The translations under genes and the position numbers were made by a program. A model generated the notes under the pieces. That model searched no databases and was not told where the DNA came from. It saw only the letters and a list, made by a program, of their open reading frames with translations. Shown one piece after another: positions 49,449-58,621 of a DNA stretch of 64,000 nt; positions within the stretch are counted from its first letter, which is position 1; the number at the start of each line of letters is the position of its first letter. Source of the DNA: Alphaproteobacteria bacterium (GTDB lineage Bacteria; Pseudomonadota; Alphaproteobacteria; UBA828); assembly GCA_963422645.2 (NCBI GenBank), contig CAXXVO010000017.1, forward strand, positions 128,001-192,000. The letters are read 5' to 3'.

Positions 49449-51662
49449 ATGGACCCCCGCATCACCGCGCTGAAGTCGACGACCTTTTTCGGCAGACGTC
49501 TGACCCGCCGGCAGATTGCCGACATCCAGGAGACGGTGGCGCTGTTTCCGGCGATCAGCCGCAACGAGCTCGGGCACACGATCTGCGAGCATTTGAACTG
49601 GCGCGCGCCGAGCGGGCGGAACCGTGTCGCGGTCTGCCTGCGGATGCTGGAGGAGTTGGAGCGGCTGGGCATCCTGACCCTGCCGGCGCGGGACGAGGCG
49701 CAGGTGCGGGGGCCGCAGGAGGCGATGGCCCGGAGCGAGCGGACGGCGCCGGCCGCGGCGATCGCGGAGGACCTGGCCGCGCTGATGCCGCTGCGCCTGT
49801 CGATTGCGGCGGGCAAGGAGGAGGGCGGGCTGTGGAACGAGTTCGTCGCGCGCCACCACTATCTCGGGCTGCATCGTCTGGTCGGCGCGCATCTGCGCTA
49901 TTTTCTCCTGGACCGCCACGGGCGGCCTCTGGGCTGCCTTCTGTTTGCCCGGGCGTCGCGCACGCTGCCCTGCCGCGACGAGTGGATCGGGTGGCCGGCG
50001 GAAGGCTTCCGCAAGCACCTCGATCTGGTCGTGGGTCACACGCGTTTCCTGATCTTTCCCTGGGTCCGGGTCGACAACCTGGCGTCGAAAGCGCTGTCGA
50101 TGGCGCTGCGCCAGCTGCCCGGCGACTGGGAGGCGCGCTTCGGAGCGCGCCCGGTTCTGGTGGAGACCTTCGTGGACCCCAGCCTCTTCGACGGCGCCTG
50201 CTACCGCGCGGCCAACTGGCGCTGTCTCGGCGAGACCGGGGGCGGCAAGGGCAAGACCCGCAAAAGCGTCTACGTCTACCCGCTGACGCCGGACTTCCGC
50301 TCGATCCTGCTCGAAGGCCCGCGGCCGGCGCGGCGCGGGAACAGGACACGGCCGGCAGCGCTGGCGCCGGACGATCCCTTCGTGGCGCTGTGGCAGGACC
50401 TGATCGGCGCACTGGCGGCGGTGGCCGCCGATCACGACCGGGTGTGGCAGAGCCGCCGGCGGGTCCTCGACACCCTTCTCGTCATGCTCTTCATCTTCCG
50501 GCTGGCGTTCTCGAACGGCCGCGCGGGCTACGCCACGACGCTGGCCGGGCTGTGGGAGCAGTGCCGGGTCCTGGGCGTCGCACTGCCGCAGCCGGCGCCG
50601 GTCTCGGCCTCGGCGATGTGCATGGCGCGGGCCAAGGTCGACGAGGCGGTGTTCAAGACGCTGCACGCCGAGATCCTCAAGCGCGCCGACGGCCCGGCCT
50701 GGAAGGGCCACCGCGTGTTCGCGGTCGACGGCTCCAAGCTCAACCTGCCGCGGCCGCTGCTCAAGGCCGGCTACCGCACGCCCTCCGAGGCGGCCCACTA
50801 CCCGCAGGGCCTGCTGAGTTGCCTCTACCGGCTGCACGCGAACATCCCGGTGGACTTCGACCTGGTCGCGCACGGCGACGAAAGAAGGGCCGCCCTCGCC
50901 CACCTCAAGGCGCTCTCGGCCAACGACATCGTGGTCTATGACCGCGGCTACTACTCTTGGGAGATGCTGCACGCCCATGTCGCCCGCGGCCTGCACCCCG
51001 TGTTCCGGATCAAGAAGAAGGCAGGCGCCGCCCTCGACGCCTTCATCGCCGACGGCCGCACGGACGCGCCGATCACCGTCGCTCCCGGAAAGGACACCCT
51101 GAGAAAGCTGCGCCGCAAGACGCCGCACGTCGACGCCACCCCGCTGCGCCTGCGACTGGTCCGCTACCGCATCGGCAGCACGGTCTTCATCCTCGCCACC
51201 ACCCTCCTCGACCCCAAGGCCTGGAGCGTCGCGGAACTGGCCGAGCTCTATCACGCGCGCTGGGGAATCGAGGAACTCTACAAGACCTCGAAACAGGCCA
51301 TGGCCGTCGAGGCCTTCCACAGCCAGACCGAGCGCGGCGTCCGCCAGGAGCTCTTCGCCCACTTCAACCTCATCGCCATGACCCGGCTCTTCACCAACCG
51401 CAGCAACGCAAGCCTCGACGCCGAGCGCCCTGCCGACGGCAAGCCGGCGATGAAAGCCAACTTCAGCAACGGCCTCGCCACCGTCGCGCGCAACCTCGAA
51501 GCGCTGCTGCTGCGCCATACGGCGATGGTCGCCGAAACCCTCAGCCATGTCCTCTCCTGCATCAACCAGGCGCGTCAGCGCCCGCGCCCCGGCCGGTCCT
51601 GCGAACGCAGGTCGCGCAAACCCCGCGGCAAGTGGGCACGCGCAAAGCGGGCCGTCGCCTGA
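49449..51662 (+). CDS. DUF4338 (DruA-like) - IS4 DDE transposase fusion, 737 aa
   Basis: N half WNEFVARHHYLG, RDEWIGW, RFLIFPWV..NLASKAL, VETFVDP..GACYRAANW; C half AVDGS, VYDRGY and YHARWGIEELYK. Confidence 0.88.
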   Translation: MDPRITALKSTTFFGRRLTRRQIADIQETVALFPAISRNELGHTICEHLNWRAPSGRNRVAVCLRMLEELERLGILTLPARDEAQVRGPQEAMARSERTAPAAAIAEDLAALMPLRLSIAAGKEEGGLWNEFVARHHYLGLHRLVGAHLRYFLLDRHGRPLGCLLFARASRTLPCRDEWIGWPAEGFRKHLDLVVGHTRFLIFPWVRVDNLASKALSMALRQLPGDWEARFGARPVLVETFVDPSLFDGACYRAANWRCLGETGGGKGKTRKSVYVYPLTPDFRSILLEGPRPARRGNRTRPAALAPDDPFVALWQDLIGALAAVAADHDRVWQSRRRVLDTLLVMLFIFRLAFSNGRAGYATTLAGLWEQCRVLGVALPQPAPVSASAMCMARAKVDEAVFKTLHAEILKRADGPAWKGHRVFAVDGSKLNLPRPLLKAGYRTPSEAAHYPQGLLSCLYRLHANIPVDFDLVAHGDERRAALAHLKALSANDIVVYDRGYYSWEMLHAHVARGLHPVFRIKKKAGAALDAFIADGRTDAPITVAPGKDTLRKLRRKTPHVDATPLRLRLVRYRIGSTVFILATTLLDPKAWSVAELAELYHARWGIEELYKTSKQAMAVEAFHSQTERGVRQELFAHFNLIAMTRLFTNRSNASLDAERPADGKPAMKANFSNGLATVARNLEALLLRHTAMVAETLSHVLSCINQARQRPRPGRSCERRSRKPRGKWARAKRAVA

Positions 51663-51717
51663 ACACCTGAACGACAGAAACGCACGCAACCGACAGCGCA
51701 AGAACACGACTCCTTAA

Positions 51718-52800
51718 GTGAACAGTCGAAAACCGCTAAGTGAATGCCATTGCCCTGCACCCGGGGCGCCGGGCGAGGCCAGCGCGCAGATTAGCTTCGA
51801 CGACAACACGTTGCTGCCGCTCCTCTTCGGCGACCACGACCGTCATCTGGTGCGGATCGAGCACGCGTTGGGCGTGGTGCTGCGCTCGCGCGGCAACGAG
51901 GTCGCGATCAGCGGCCCGCCCTCTTCGGTCGCGGCGACGGAGGAGGTGCTGCGGACGCTCTACGACAAGCTGAAGCAGGGCCTGCCGATGGGCGGCGGCG
52001 AGGTCGAAGGCGCGATCCGCATGGCGATGGGGCCGGGGAGTGGGGGCGCGGTCGGCACAGCGGGCGGGCGGGCCGAGCCCGCGCTCACACTCCGCACCCG
52101 CAAGCGCCCGGTCAGCCCGCGCTCGCCGCGCCAGGCCGACTACGTGCGTGCGATGCAGAACAACGATCTGGTGTTGGGGCTCGGCCCCGCCGGCACCGGC
52201 AAGACCTATCTCGCGGTGGCGATGGCGGTCTCCCTCTACCTTGCGGGCCGGGTCGAGCGCATCGTGCTCTCGAGACCGGCGGTCGAGGCCGGTGAGCGTC
52301 TCGGCTTCCTGCCCGGCGATCTGAAGGACAAGGTCGACCCTTACCTCCGCCCGCTCTACGACGCGCTCTACGACATGCTGCCGGCGGACCTGGTGGCGCG
52401 CCGCATGGATTCGGCGGAGATCGAGATCGCCCCGCTCGCCTTCATGCGCGGGCGCACACTCTCCCAGTCGTTCATCATCCTGGACGAGGCGCAGAACACG
52501 ACGCCGCTGCAGATGAAGATGTTCCTCACCCGGCTTGGCGAGGGCTCGCGCATGGTCGTCACGGGCGACCTTACCCAGGTTGATCTCCCGGCCGGTGCGC
52601 AATCGGGCCTCCGCCATGCCGTCGCGACCCTGGAGGGGCTGCGCGAGGTCACCTTCGTCCGCTTCGGCACTGCCGATGTCATGCGCCATTCCCTGGTGAC
52701 ACGCATCCTCGAGGCCTATGACGCCGCAACCCCCGGCGATGACCGAGATCGAGATCGCGATCAGCCTCCGCGATTCGGCGTGGTCGACCGCTCTTCCTGA
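51718..52800 (+). CDS. phoH: PhoH-family ATPase (native start at 44848 displaced by IS4; IS-derived GTG in frame)
   Basis: GPAGTGKTYLA, RPAVEAGERLGFLPGD, AFMRGRTL and DEAQN. Confidence 0.92.
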   Translation: MNSRKPLSECHCPAPGAPGEASAQISFDDNTLLPLLFGDHDRHLVRIEHALGVVLRSRGNEVAISGPPSSVAATEEVLRTLYDKLKQGLPMGGGEVEGAIRMAMGPGSGGAVGTAGGRAEPALTLRTRKRPVSPRSPRQADYVRAMQNNDLVLGLGPAGTGKTYLAVAMAVSLYLAGRVERIVLSRPAVEAGERLGFLPGDLKDKVDPYLRPLYDALYDMLPADLVARRMDSAEIEIAPLAFMRGRTLSQSFIILDEAQNTTPLQMKMFLTRLGEGSRMVVTGDLTQVDLPAGAQSGLRHAVATLEGLREVTFVRFGTADVMRHSLVTRILEAYDAATPGDDRDRDRDQPPRFGVVDRSS

Positions 52801-53233
52801 GGCCGCCGCCCTGGCTCGCCGCGCCGCCGCTGCGGCCCTGGAGGCCGCGCCCGAACTCTCCGGTCCGGTCGAGCTCGGCGTCGTGCTGGCGGACGATGCG
52901 TTCGTGCGCACCCTCAACAGGGACTACCGCGGGCAGGACCGCGCGACGGACGTGCTCTCCTTCCCCGTGGACGACCCGCCGCGCCTCGACCCGCCGCCGG
53001 GGCAAATGCCGCTCATGCTGGGCGACGTCGTGCTCGCCCGCGAGACCGTCCAGCGCGACAGCGCATCGGCCGGCGTTGGCCTCGCCGACCGGGTGAGCCA
53101 TCTGGTGGTCCACGGCGTGCTCCACCTGCTCGGCCACGACCATGACGAGCCGGATGCCGAGCGCCGCATGCGTGCGCTCGAATCCCAAACACTATTGGCA
53201 CTTGGCTTATGCGATCCCTACGTTAACCTGTGA
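52739..53233 (+). CDS. ybeY: rRNA maturation RNase YbeY
   Basis: LNRDYRGQDRATDVLSF and HGVLHLLGHDH. Confidence 0.95.
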   Translation: MTEIEIAISLRDSAWSTALPEAAALARRAAAAALEAAPELSGPVELGVVLADDAFVRTLNRDYRGQDRATDVLSFPVDDPPRLDPPPGQMPLMLGDVVLARETVQRDSASAGVGLADRVSHLVVHGVLHLLGHDHDEPDAERRMRALESQTLLALGLCDPYVNL

Positions 53234-53276
53234 CAGTCCGAGTTGCCCCGCGGTCACGGACCGCGGAGGCGGAACG

Positions 53277-54203
53277 ATGAGCGAAGACGACAAACCTCCA
53301 TCTAGCAGCGACAGTGTCGGCGGCGACCGAAGCGGGCGGGTCCGCGCGTCGGTCGCGGGCCTGATCGGCAATTGGCTGCGCAAGGGGCTCGGCCGCGGCA
53401 ACGGCTTATCCTGGCGCGAGTCACTCGGCGAAGTCCTCGCTGAAGAGGAGATCGCCGAGCAGATCAGCCCGCATGAGCGCGACCTGCTGCTCAATCTTCT
53501 CCGCTTCGGCAGCCTGACCGCCGAAGACGCGATGGTGCCCCGCAACGACATCACGGCGGTCGAGATCACGGCTCCGCTGGACGAGGTCGTTGCCACCATC
53601 AAGGAGAAAGGCTATTCGCGCATGCCGCTCTACCGCGGCAATCTCGACGACATCGCCGGCATGATTCACATCCGCGACGTCATGCGCCATTGGGGCGGGG
53701 ACGGCCCCTTCGACCTGGAAGCGATCAGGCGCGAGATCCTGTTCGTGCCCGAGTCCATGCCGATCCCCGCCTTGCTGAAGGAAATGCGCGAGACGCGGCT
53801 GCACATGGCGGTGATCGTCGACGAGTACGGCGGCACTCACGGCCTGGTCACGATCGAGGACGTGGTGGAGGAGATCGTCGGCGAGATCGAGGACGAGCAC
53901 GACGAGATCGAGGCGCCGGCCCTGATCCGCCTTGCCGACGGCGCCATGGAGGCGGACGCGCGCGTGCGCGTCGACGAGCTGGAGCGCCATCTGGCGGTCC
54001 CGCTGCTCGACGGCGACGAGGAGGACGCGGTCGATACCCTCGGCGGGCTCGTGTTCACGCTCGCCGAGCGCGTGCCGCGTGTCGGCGAGCGAATATGCCA
54101 TCCGGCCGGCTTCGCCTTCGATGTGCTGGAGGCCGACCCGCGGCGGATCAAGAGGCTGCGCGTCAGCCGCACCGAATCACACCCGGCGCACGGTCGCCTG
54201 TGA
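53277..54203 (+). CDS. corC: CorC/HlyC CBS-domain transporter-associated protein
   Basis: MVPRNDI, YSRMP, VDEYGGTHGLVTIEDVVEEIVGEIEDEHD and a CorC domain. Confidence 0.88.
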   Translation: MSEDDKPPSSSDSVGGDRSGRVRASVAGLIGNWLRKGLGRGNGLSWRESLGEVLAEEEIAEQISPHERDLLLNLLRFGSLTAEDAMVPRNDITAVEITAPLDEVVATIKEKGYSRMPLYRGNLDDIAGMIHIRDVMRHWGGDGPFDLEAIRREILFVPESMPIPALLKEMRETRLHMAVIVDEYGGTHGLVTIEDVVEEIVGEIEDEHDEIEAPALIRLADGAMEADARVRVDELERHLAVPLLDGDEEDAVDTLGGLVFTLAERVPRVGERICHPAGFAFDVLEADPRRIKRLRVSRTESHPAHGRL

Positions 54204-55828
54204 GCGGCTTCGGCCGCTCCGCCGCCGCGCGGCTCACAGCGCTCGCGCATGCCCTCGGCGCCGCATCCGGCTGGCGCCGCTCGGGGATCGCCGCCGGCCT
54301 CGGTGCCCTCTCCGCGACCGCGCTGCCGCCGGGGCACGCACTCCCCCTGCTGGTGGTTTCGTTCACGGGCCTGGTCTGGTTGATCCACGCCAGCCGCTCG
54401 CCGTGGCGGGCCGCCGTCGCGGGCTGGTGGTTCGGCTTCGCTCACTTTCTCTTCAGCATTTACTGGATCGGTGCGGCCATGCTGACCGATCCCTCGCGCT
54501 TCGGCTGGATGGTGGCGCCGGCGGTGATCGGGCTCTCGGCGGGCTTTGCACTCTTCCCGGCGTTGGCTGCGTTCGCTACGCGGCTGCCCGCCCTGCCGAT
54601 CGCGGGCCGCGTGCTCGCCCTCGCCATCGCCTGGACCGCAGCCGAGTGGCTGCGCGGCAACATCCTGACCGGCTTTCCCATGAACCTGATGGGCACGGTC
54701 TGGATGCCATCCGTGGGCATGATCCAGTCCGTGGCCGTCGTCGGGGTCTATGGGCTGAGCTTCGTGACCATCCTCGGTGCGTCGGCACCGGCGGCCTTGG
54801 TGCCGCCGCTTGCGGACGAGCGCCGCGCCCGCTGGCCCTGGCTGCTGCCTGCCGTCGCGTTCGGGCTACTGGCAGCGGTCTGGGTCGGCGGGCAGGCGCG
54901 CCTTGCGCTGGCGCCCGATCATGCGCCGACCGAAGTCACGCTCCGCCTGGTTCAGGCCAATATCGATCAGACCCGGAAGTGGGAGGACGGCTCGCGCGAG
55001 GCGGGGCTCGCGCACCACGTCGTGCTCTCGCACGAGCCGGGGCTCGACGAGACGGACATCGTGATCTGGCCCGAGACGGCCGCGCCCTTTTTCCTGGACG
55101 AGAGCCCGACGCTCCAGGCCTTCGTGTCGCGGGCCGCGCCCTTCGGCGGTTACGTGATCACCGGTGCGCCCCGGCGCACGCGCTCGGCGGGGCGAACCAT
55201 TGCCGTCTGGAACAGCCTTCACACCCTGGGCCCGGAGGGCGTCATCACGGCCTCCTACGACAAGCATCACCTGGTGCCCTTCGGCGAGTACATGCCGCTG
55301 CGCGGGATCATCAATCTGCGCAGGTTGGCCTATGGGGCGGTCGACAGCTCCGCCGGGCCGGGGCCGCGCACGCTCAGGCTGCCCGGCGTGCCGCCCTTCA
55401 GCCCGCTGATCTGCTACGAGGCGATCTTCCCCGGCGAGGTGGTGGCCGACGGCACGGCGCGGGGCGATCGGCCGCAATGGCTGCTCAACGTCACCAACGA
55501 CGCATGGTTCGGGCACACGGCCGGGCCCTATCAGCACTTTCAGTCGGCTCGCCTCCGAGCCGTTGAAGAGGGCATGCCGCTGGTGCGGGTAGCGAACACC
55601 GGTATTTCCGCCGTCGTCGATTCCTACGGCCGCGTGGCTGGCCGGCTCGGGCTGGGAGAGATCGGCGTCCTCGACGCGCCGCTGCCGCCGGCGCTCGAGG
55701 CGCCGACGCCGATGGCCCGGCTCGGAGACTGGATCCTCGCGATTCTCCTGCTGATCGCATCAGCGGCCGCCCTCGCCATCGGCGTCCGGCACTGGTTGCG
55801 CGGCAGGCGGCCCGGTCAGGGCGAATAA
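54200..55828 (+). CDS. lnt: Apolipoprotein N-acyltransferase
   Basis: WPE, YDKHHLVPFGEY, ICYE, TNDAWFG and ANTGIS. Confidence 0.95.
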   Translation: MSGFGRSAAARLTALAHALGAASGWRRSGIAAGLGALSATALPPGHALPLLVVSFTGLVWLIHASRSPWRAAVAGWWFGFAHFLFSIYWIGAAMLTDPSRFGWMVAPAVIGLSAGFALFPALAAFATRLPALPIAGRVLALAIAWTAAEWLRGNILTGFPMNLMGTVWMPSVGMIQSVAVVGVYGLSFVTILGASAPAALVPPLADERRARWPWLLPAVAFGLLAAVWVGGQARLALAPDHAPTEVTLRLVQANIDQTRKWEDGSREAGLAHHVVLSHEPGLDETDIVIWPETAAPFFLDESPTLQAFVSRAAPFGGYVITGAPRRTRSAGRTIAVWNSLHTLGPEGVITASYDKHHLVPFGEYMPLRGIINLRRLAYGAVDSSAGPGPRTLRLPGVPPFSPLICYEAIFPGEVVADGTARGDRPQWLLNVTNDAWFGHTAGPYQHFQSARLRAVEEGMPLVRVANTGISAVVDSYGRVAGRLGLGEIGVLDAPLPPALEAPTPMARLGDWILAILLLIASAAALAIGVRHWLRGRRPGQGE

Positions 55829-56670
55829 GACCAGGGCGGCTCCCCGCCGCTGATTGTGGTTGCCAGCATCAGTGCGAAGGCTGCTGCGGCGTAAGCGTCG
55901 CCCCGGTCCAGAATGCCGCCGTGGCCGGGGATCAGCCGGCCCGAATCGTCCGCGCCGACCCGCCGCTTGAGGGCGGATTCGGCGAGGTCGCCCATCTGTC
56001 CCACGATCGAGCCGAGCACGCCGGCCACAGCCAGCAGGGCGAGCGAGGGGCGCTCCGCCACCCAGCCGGCGAGCGGCATTAGCCAGCCCAGCAGGATGCT
56101 CGCGCCCACCGCCGCGACCACACCGCCGGCCGCGCCGGCCCAGGTCTTGGCCGGGCTGATGCGGGGCGCGAGGCGGGGGCCACCGAAGGTTCTGCCGGCC
56201 GCGTAGGCTCCGCTGTCGCTCGCCCAAACCACGGCGAAGAGCCAGAAGACCGTGGCTCGGCCCGCCGGATCGTCTCCGCGCAGCGCGAGGGTGGCGACGA
56301 CGAGCAGGAGGATGATGCCAGCCCCCACCAGCCCCGTCGCGCGCTCCCGCAAGCGCCCACGCTCCGCCCCTGCGACGACGAGCGCGGCCGCCGCAGCGGC
56401 GGCTGCGGCTGCAAGGGCGCCAACCGTGGCGAAGAGCGCGCAGGCTGCAGCCAGGCCCGCGATGCCGGCCACGCTCGCGGCATCCACAGCCGGCCGGCCC
56501 AGAAGCCTGCGCAATTCGAACCAGGCAAGCACCCCCGCCGCTCCCGCAGCGGCGATGAAGACGGGGCCGCCCAAATATGCCGTGCCCAGGGCAACGGGTA
56601 CGAGAACCGCAGCCGACGCTGCGCGTAGACCGAGGCCGCTCCCGCCGCCCGTCGCCCGCTGGCCCGTCAT
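55816..56670 (-). CDS. cdsA: Phosphatidate cytidylyltransferase
   Basis: SDSGAY, ISPAKTWAG, GDLAESALKR and SGRLIPGHGGILDR. Confidence 0.9.
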   Translation of the reverse strand: MTGQRATGGGSGLGLRAASAAVLVPVALGTAYLGGPVFIAAAGAAGVLAWFELRRLLGRPAVDAASVAGIAGLAAACALFATVGALAAAAAAAAAALVVAGAERGRLRERATGLVGAGIILLLVVATLALRGDDPAGRATVFWLFAVVWASDSGAYAAGRTFGGPRLAPRISPAKTWAGAAGGVVAAVGASILLGWLMPLAGWVAERPSLALLAVAGVLGSIVGQMGDLAESALKRRVGADDSGRLIPGHGGILDRGDAYAAAAFALMLATTISGGEPPWSYSP

Positions 56671-56928
56671 GCCCGATTCTTCTGCCACATCAATGCCACA
56701 ATCGACCCTTAAATCAGGTTGCGGGTGACGGTGAAGCGCTTCGTCCCTCCCGCTGTCTCCCACACGACTGGTCGGTCCTCCGGCTGGGGCGGTCCTTGCG
56801 GCCGCCCCAGTTCTTTGTGGGTCTCGGCCGCGCGCGCGCCTGGCGCCGCCGGCCCCGTCGGGGCGCCATTCCGGCTATGCGGTCGATGGGATAGCATGGC
56901 GCCCCATCGCCGACCACAGGACTTCGCC

Positions 56929-57363
56929 ATGCCGATCACGCCGATCCATCATATCCCCCTCAAGCCGGAATACCGCAGCCCCTTCAGCGCCGCCTTCGCG
57001 GTGGAGAACGCGCGGTTGCTGCTGTTCTCGGGCTGCGGGCCGATCCCGATTTATCACGCGCACCCGCACGATCCGGTGGCCGAGGCGGAGTGGCTGGCAG
57101 GCGGCATCCGCCAGCAGACCGAGAAGACCTTCGGCAACATCGGCACCATCCTGGAGGCGGCGAGGGCCGACTTTTCCCAGATCGTCAAGCTCAACATCTA
57201 TCTCACGGACATGTCGGGGCAGAACGTCGTGAACGAGATCTCCGCTCGAATTTTCGACCCAGCGAACCCGCCGCCGCGCACCCTTGTCGGCGTGACAGAA
57301 CTCGCCCACCCCGGAATGCTGATCGAGATCGAGGGCATGGTGGCGACGCCGCTCGGCGCCTGA
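56929..57363 (+). CDS. RidA/YjgF family protein
   Basis: PPPRTLVGV..LAHPGMLIEIE. Confidence 0.85.
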   Translation: MPITPIHHIPLKPEYRSPFSAAFAVENARLLLFSGCGPIPIYHAHPHDPVAEAEWLAGGIRQQTEKTFGNIGTILEAARADFSQIVKLNIYLTDMSGQNVVNEISARIFDPANPPPRTLVGVTELAHPGMLIEIEGMVATPLGA

Positions 57364-57481
57364 GCGGCCTTCCGGCCGTTTGATCGGGCCCGCGGGCGGC
57401 GGCACAATGAGCCAGAACAAGAACGAGCAAGGGCGATAAACGCATACCGCCCGGCGCGCGGGCGGAGAAGGGGAGGCGGTC

Positions 57482-58558
57482 ATGCAGAACGGAGCAATCA
57501 GGGTGCTCGTGGTGGGCGTCGGCAACATGGGGCTTAGCCACGCACTCGCATACGACAAGATCGAGGGCTTCGAGATCGTCGGGCTGTGCAGCCGCAGCAT
57601 TCGCGGGCGCAACGACCTGCCCGCTGAGCTCGCGTCGCTGCCCCGCTACGAGAGCGTCGACGAGGCGCTTGCCGAAGTCCGGCCCGATGCGGTCTCGATC
57701 AACACCTACCCAAACACGCACGAGGAATTCTGCCTCAAGGCCTTCGACGCTGGCTGCCACGTCTTCGTCGAGAAGCCGCTGGCCACCACCGTGGAGGGTG
57801 CCCAGGCGGTGGTGGACAAGGCGCGCGAGACCGGCAAGAAGCTGGTGATCGGCTATATCCTCCGCGTGCATCCCGCCTGGCAGGAGTTCATCGAACGCGC
57901 GCGGACTCTCGGCAAACCGCTGGTCATGCGCATGAACCTCAACCAGCAGAGCCGGGGGCCGGCCTGGAACTGGCACCGCAACCTGATGGAGTCGCTGACG
58001 CCCATCGTCGATTGCGGGGTCCACTACGTGGACGTCATGTGCCAGATGACCGGCGCCCAGCCGGTGCGTGTGCACGGTATCGGCGCGCAGCTCTCCGACC
58101 AGACCAAGCGGCAGAACTACGGCCACCTTCACGTCGAGTTCGATGACGGCTCGGTGGGCTGGTACGAGGCCGGCTGGGGCCCGATGATGAGCGAGGTCGC
58201 GTTCTTCGTGAAGGATGTGGTCGGGCCCAAGGGCTGCGTCAGCATCGTCATGCCGCAGGAGGGGCAGGACCACGCGGCCTCCGACGACATCGACTCGCAC
58301 ACCAAGACCAATGCTTTGCTCTGCCATTCCAGCGAAATCGACGAGGCCAACAACTTCGTGCACGAGGACGAGTGGGTCGACATGGCCGACGAGCCGACCC
58401 ATCAGGAGCTGTGCGACCGCGAACAGGCGTTCCTGCTCCAGGCGATCCGCGAGGACCTCGACCTCTCGGAGCACATGGAGAGCGCGGTCAACAGCCTGCG
58501 CATCGTCATCGCCGCCGACGAGAGCATCAAGCGTCGGGAGGTCGTGCATCTCGCCTGA
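57482..58558 (+). CDS. Gfo/Idh/MocA family oxidoreductase
   Basis: VGVGNMG, HVFVEKPLA and DCGVHYVD. Confidence 0.9.
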   Translation: MQNGAIRVLVVGVGNMGLSHALAYDKIEGFEIVGLCSRSIRGRNDLPAELASLPRYESVDEALAEVRPDAVSINTYPNTHEEFCLKAFDAGCHVFVEKPLATTVEGAQAVVDKARETGKKLVIGYILRVHPAWQEFIERARTLGKPLVMRMNLNQQSRGPAWNWHRNLMESLTPIVDCGVHYVDVMCQMTGAQPVRVHGIGAQLSDQTKRQNYGHLHVEFDDGSVGWYEAGWGPMMSEVAFFVKDVVGPKGCVSIVMPQEGQDHAASDDIDSHTKTNALLCHSSEIDEANNFVHEDEWVDMADEPTHQELCDREQAFLLQAIREDLDLSEHMESAVNSLRIVIAADESIKRREVVHLA

Positions 58559-58621
58559 CCGGCGCATCTTCGCGACCGGGCACGCAATGGGAGGCCTGAA
58601 AGGGCCAAGGGGAGGCGTATC

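Larger units (their letters stand above)
44866..51752 (+). mobile_element. IS4-family element with DUF4338-fused transposase (2474 bp without nested inserts)
   Basis: TIRs CAATGGCATTCA / TGAATGCCATTG; 10-bp TSD CCCTGCACCC at 44856-44865 and 51753-51762. Confidence 0.92.

Noticed and set aside
49449-50330. Complete Druantia defence system
   Set aside because: Only a DUF4338-like domain fused to a transposase; no DruE helicase or other Dru genes nearby.
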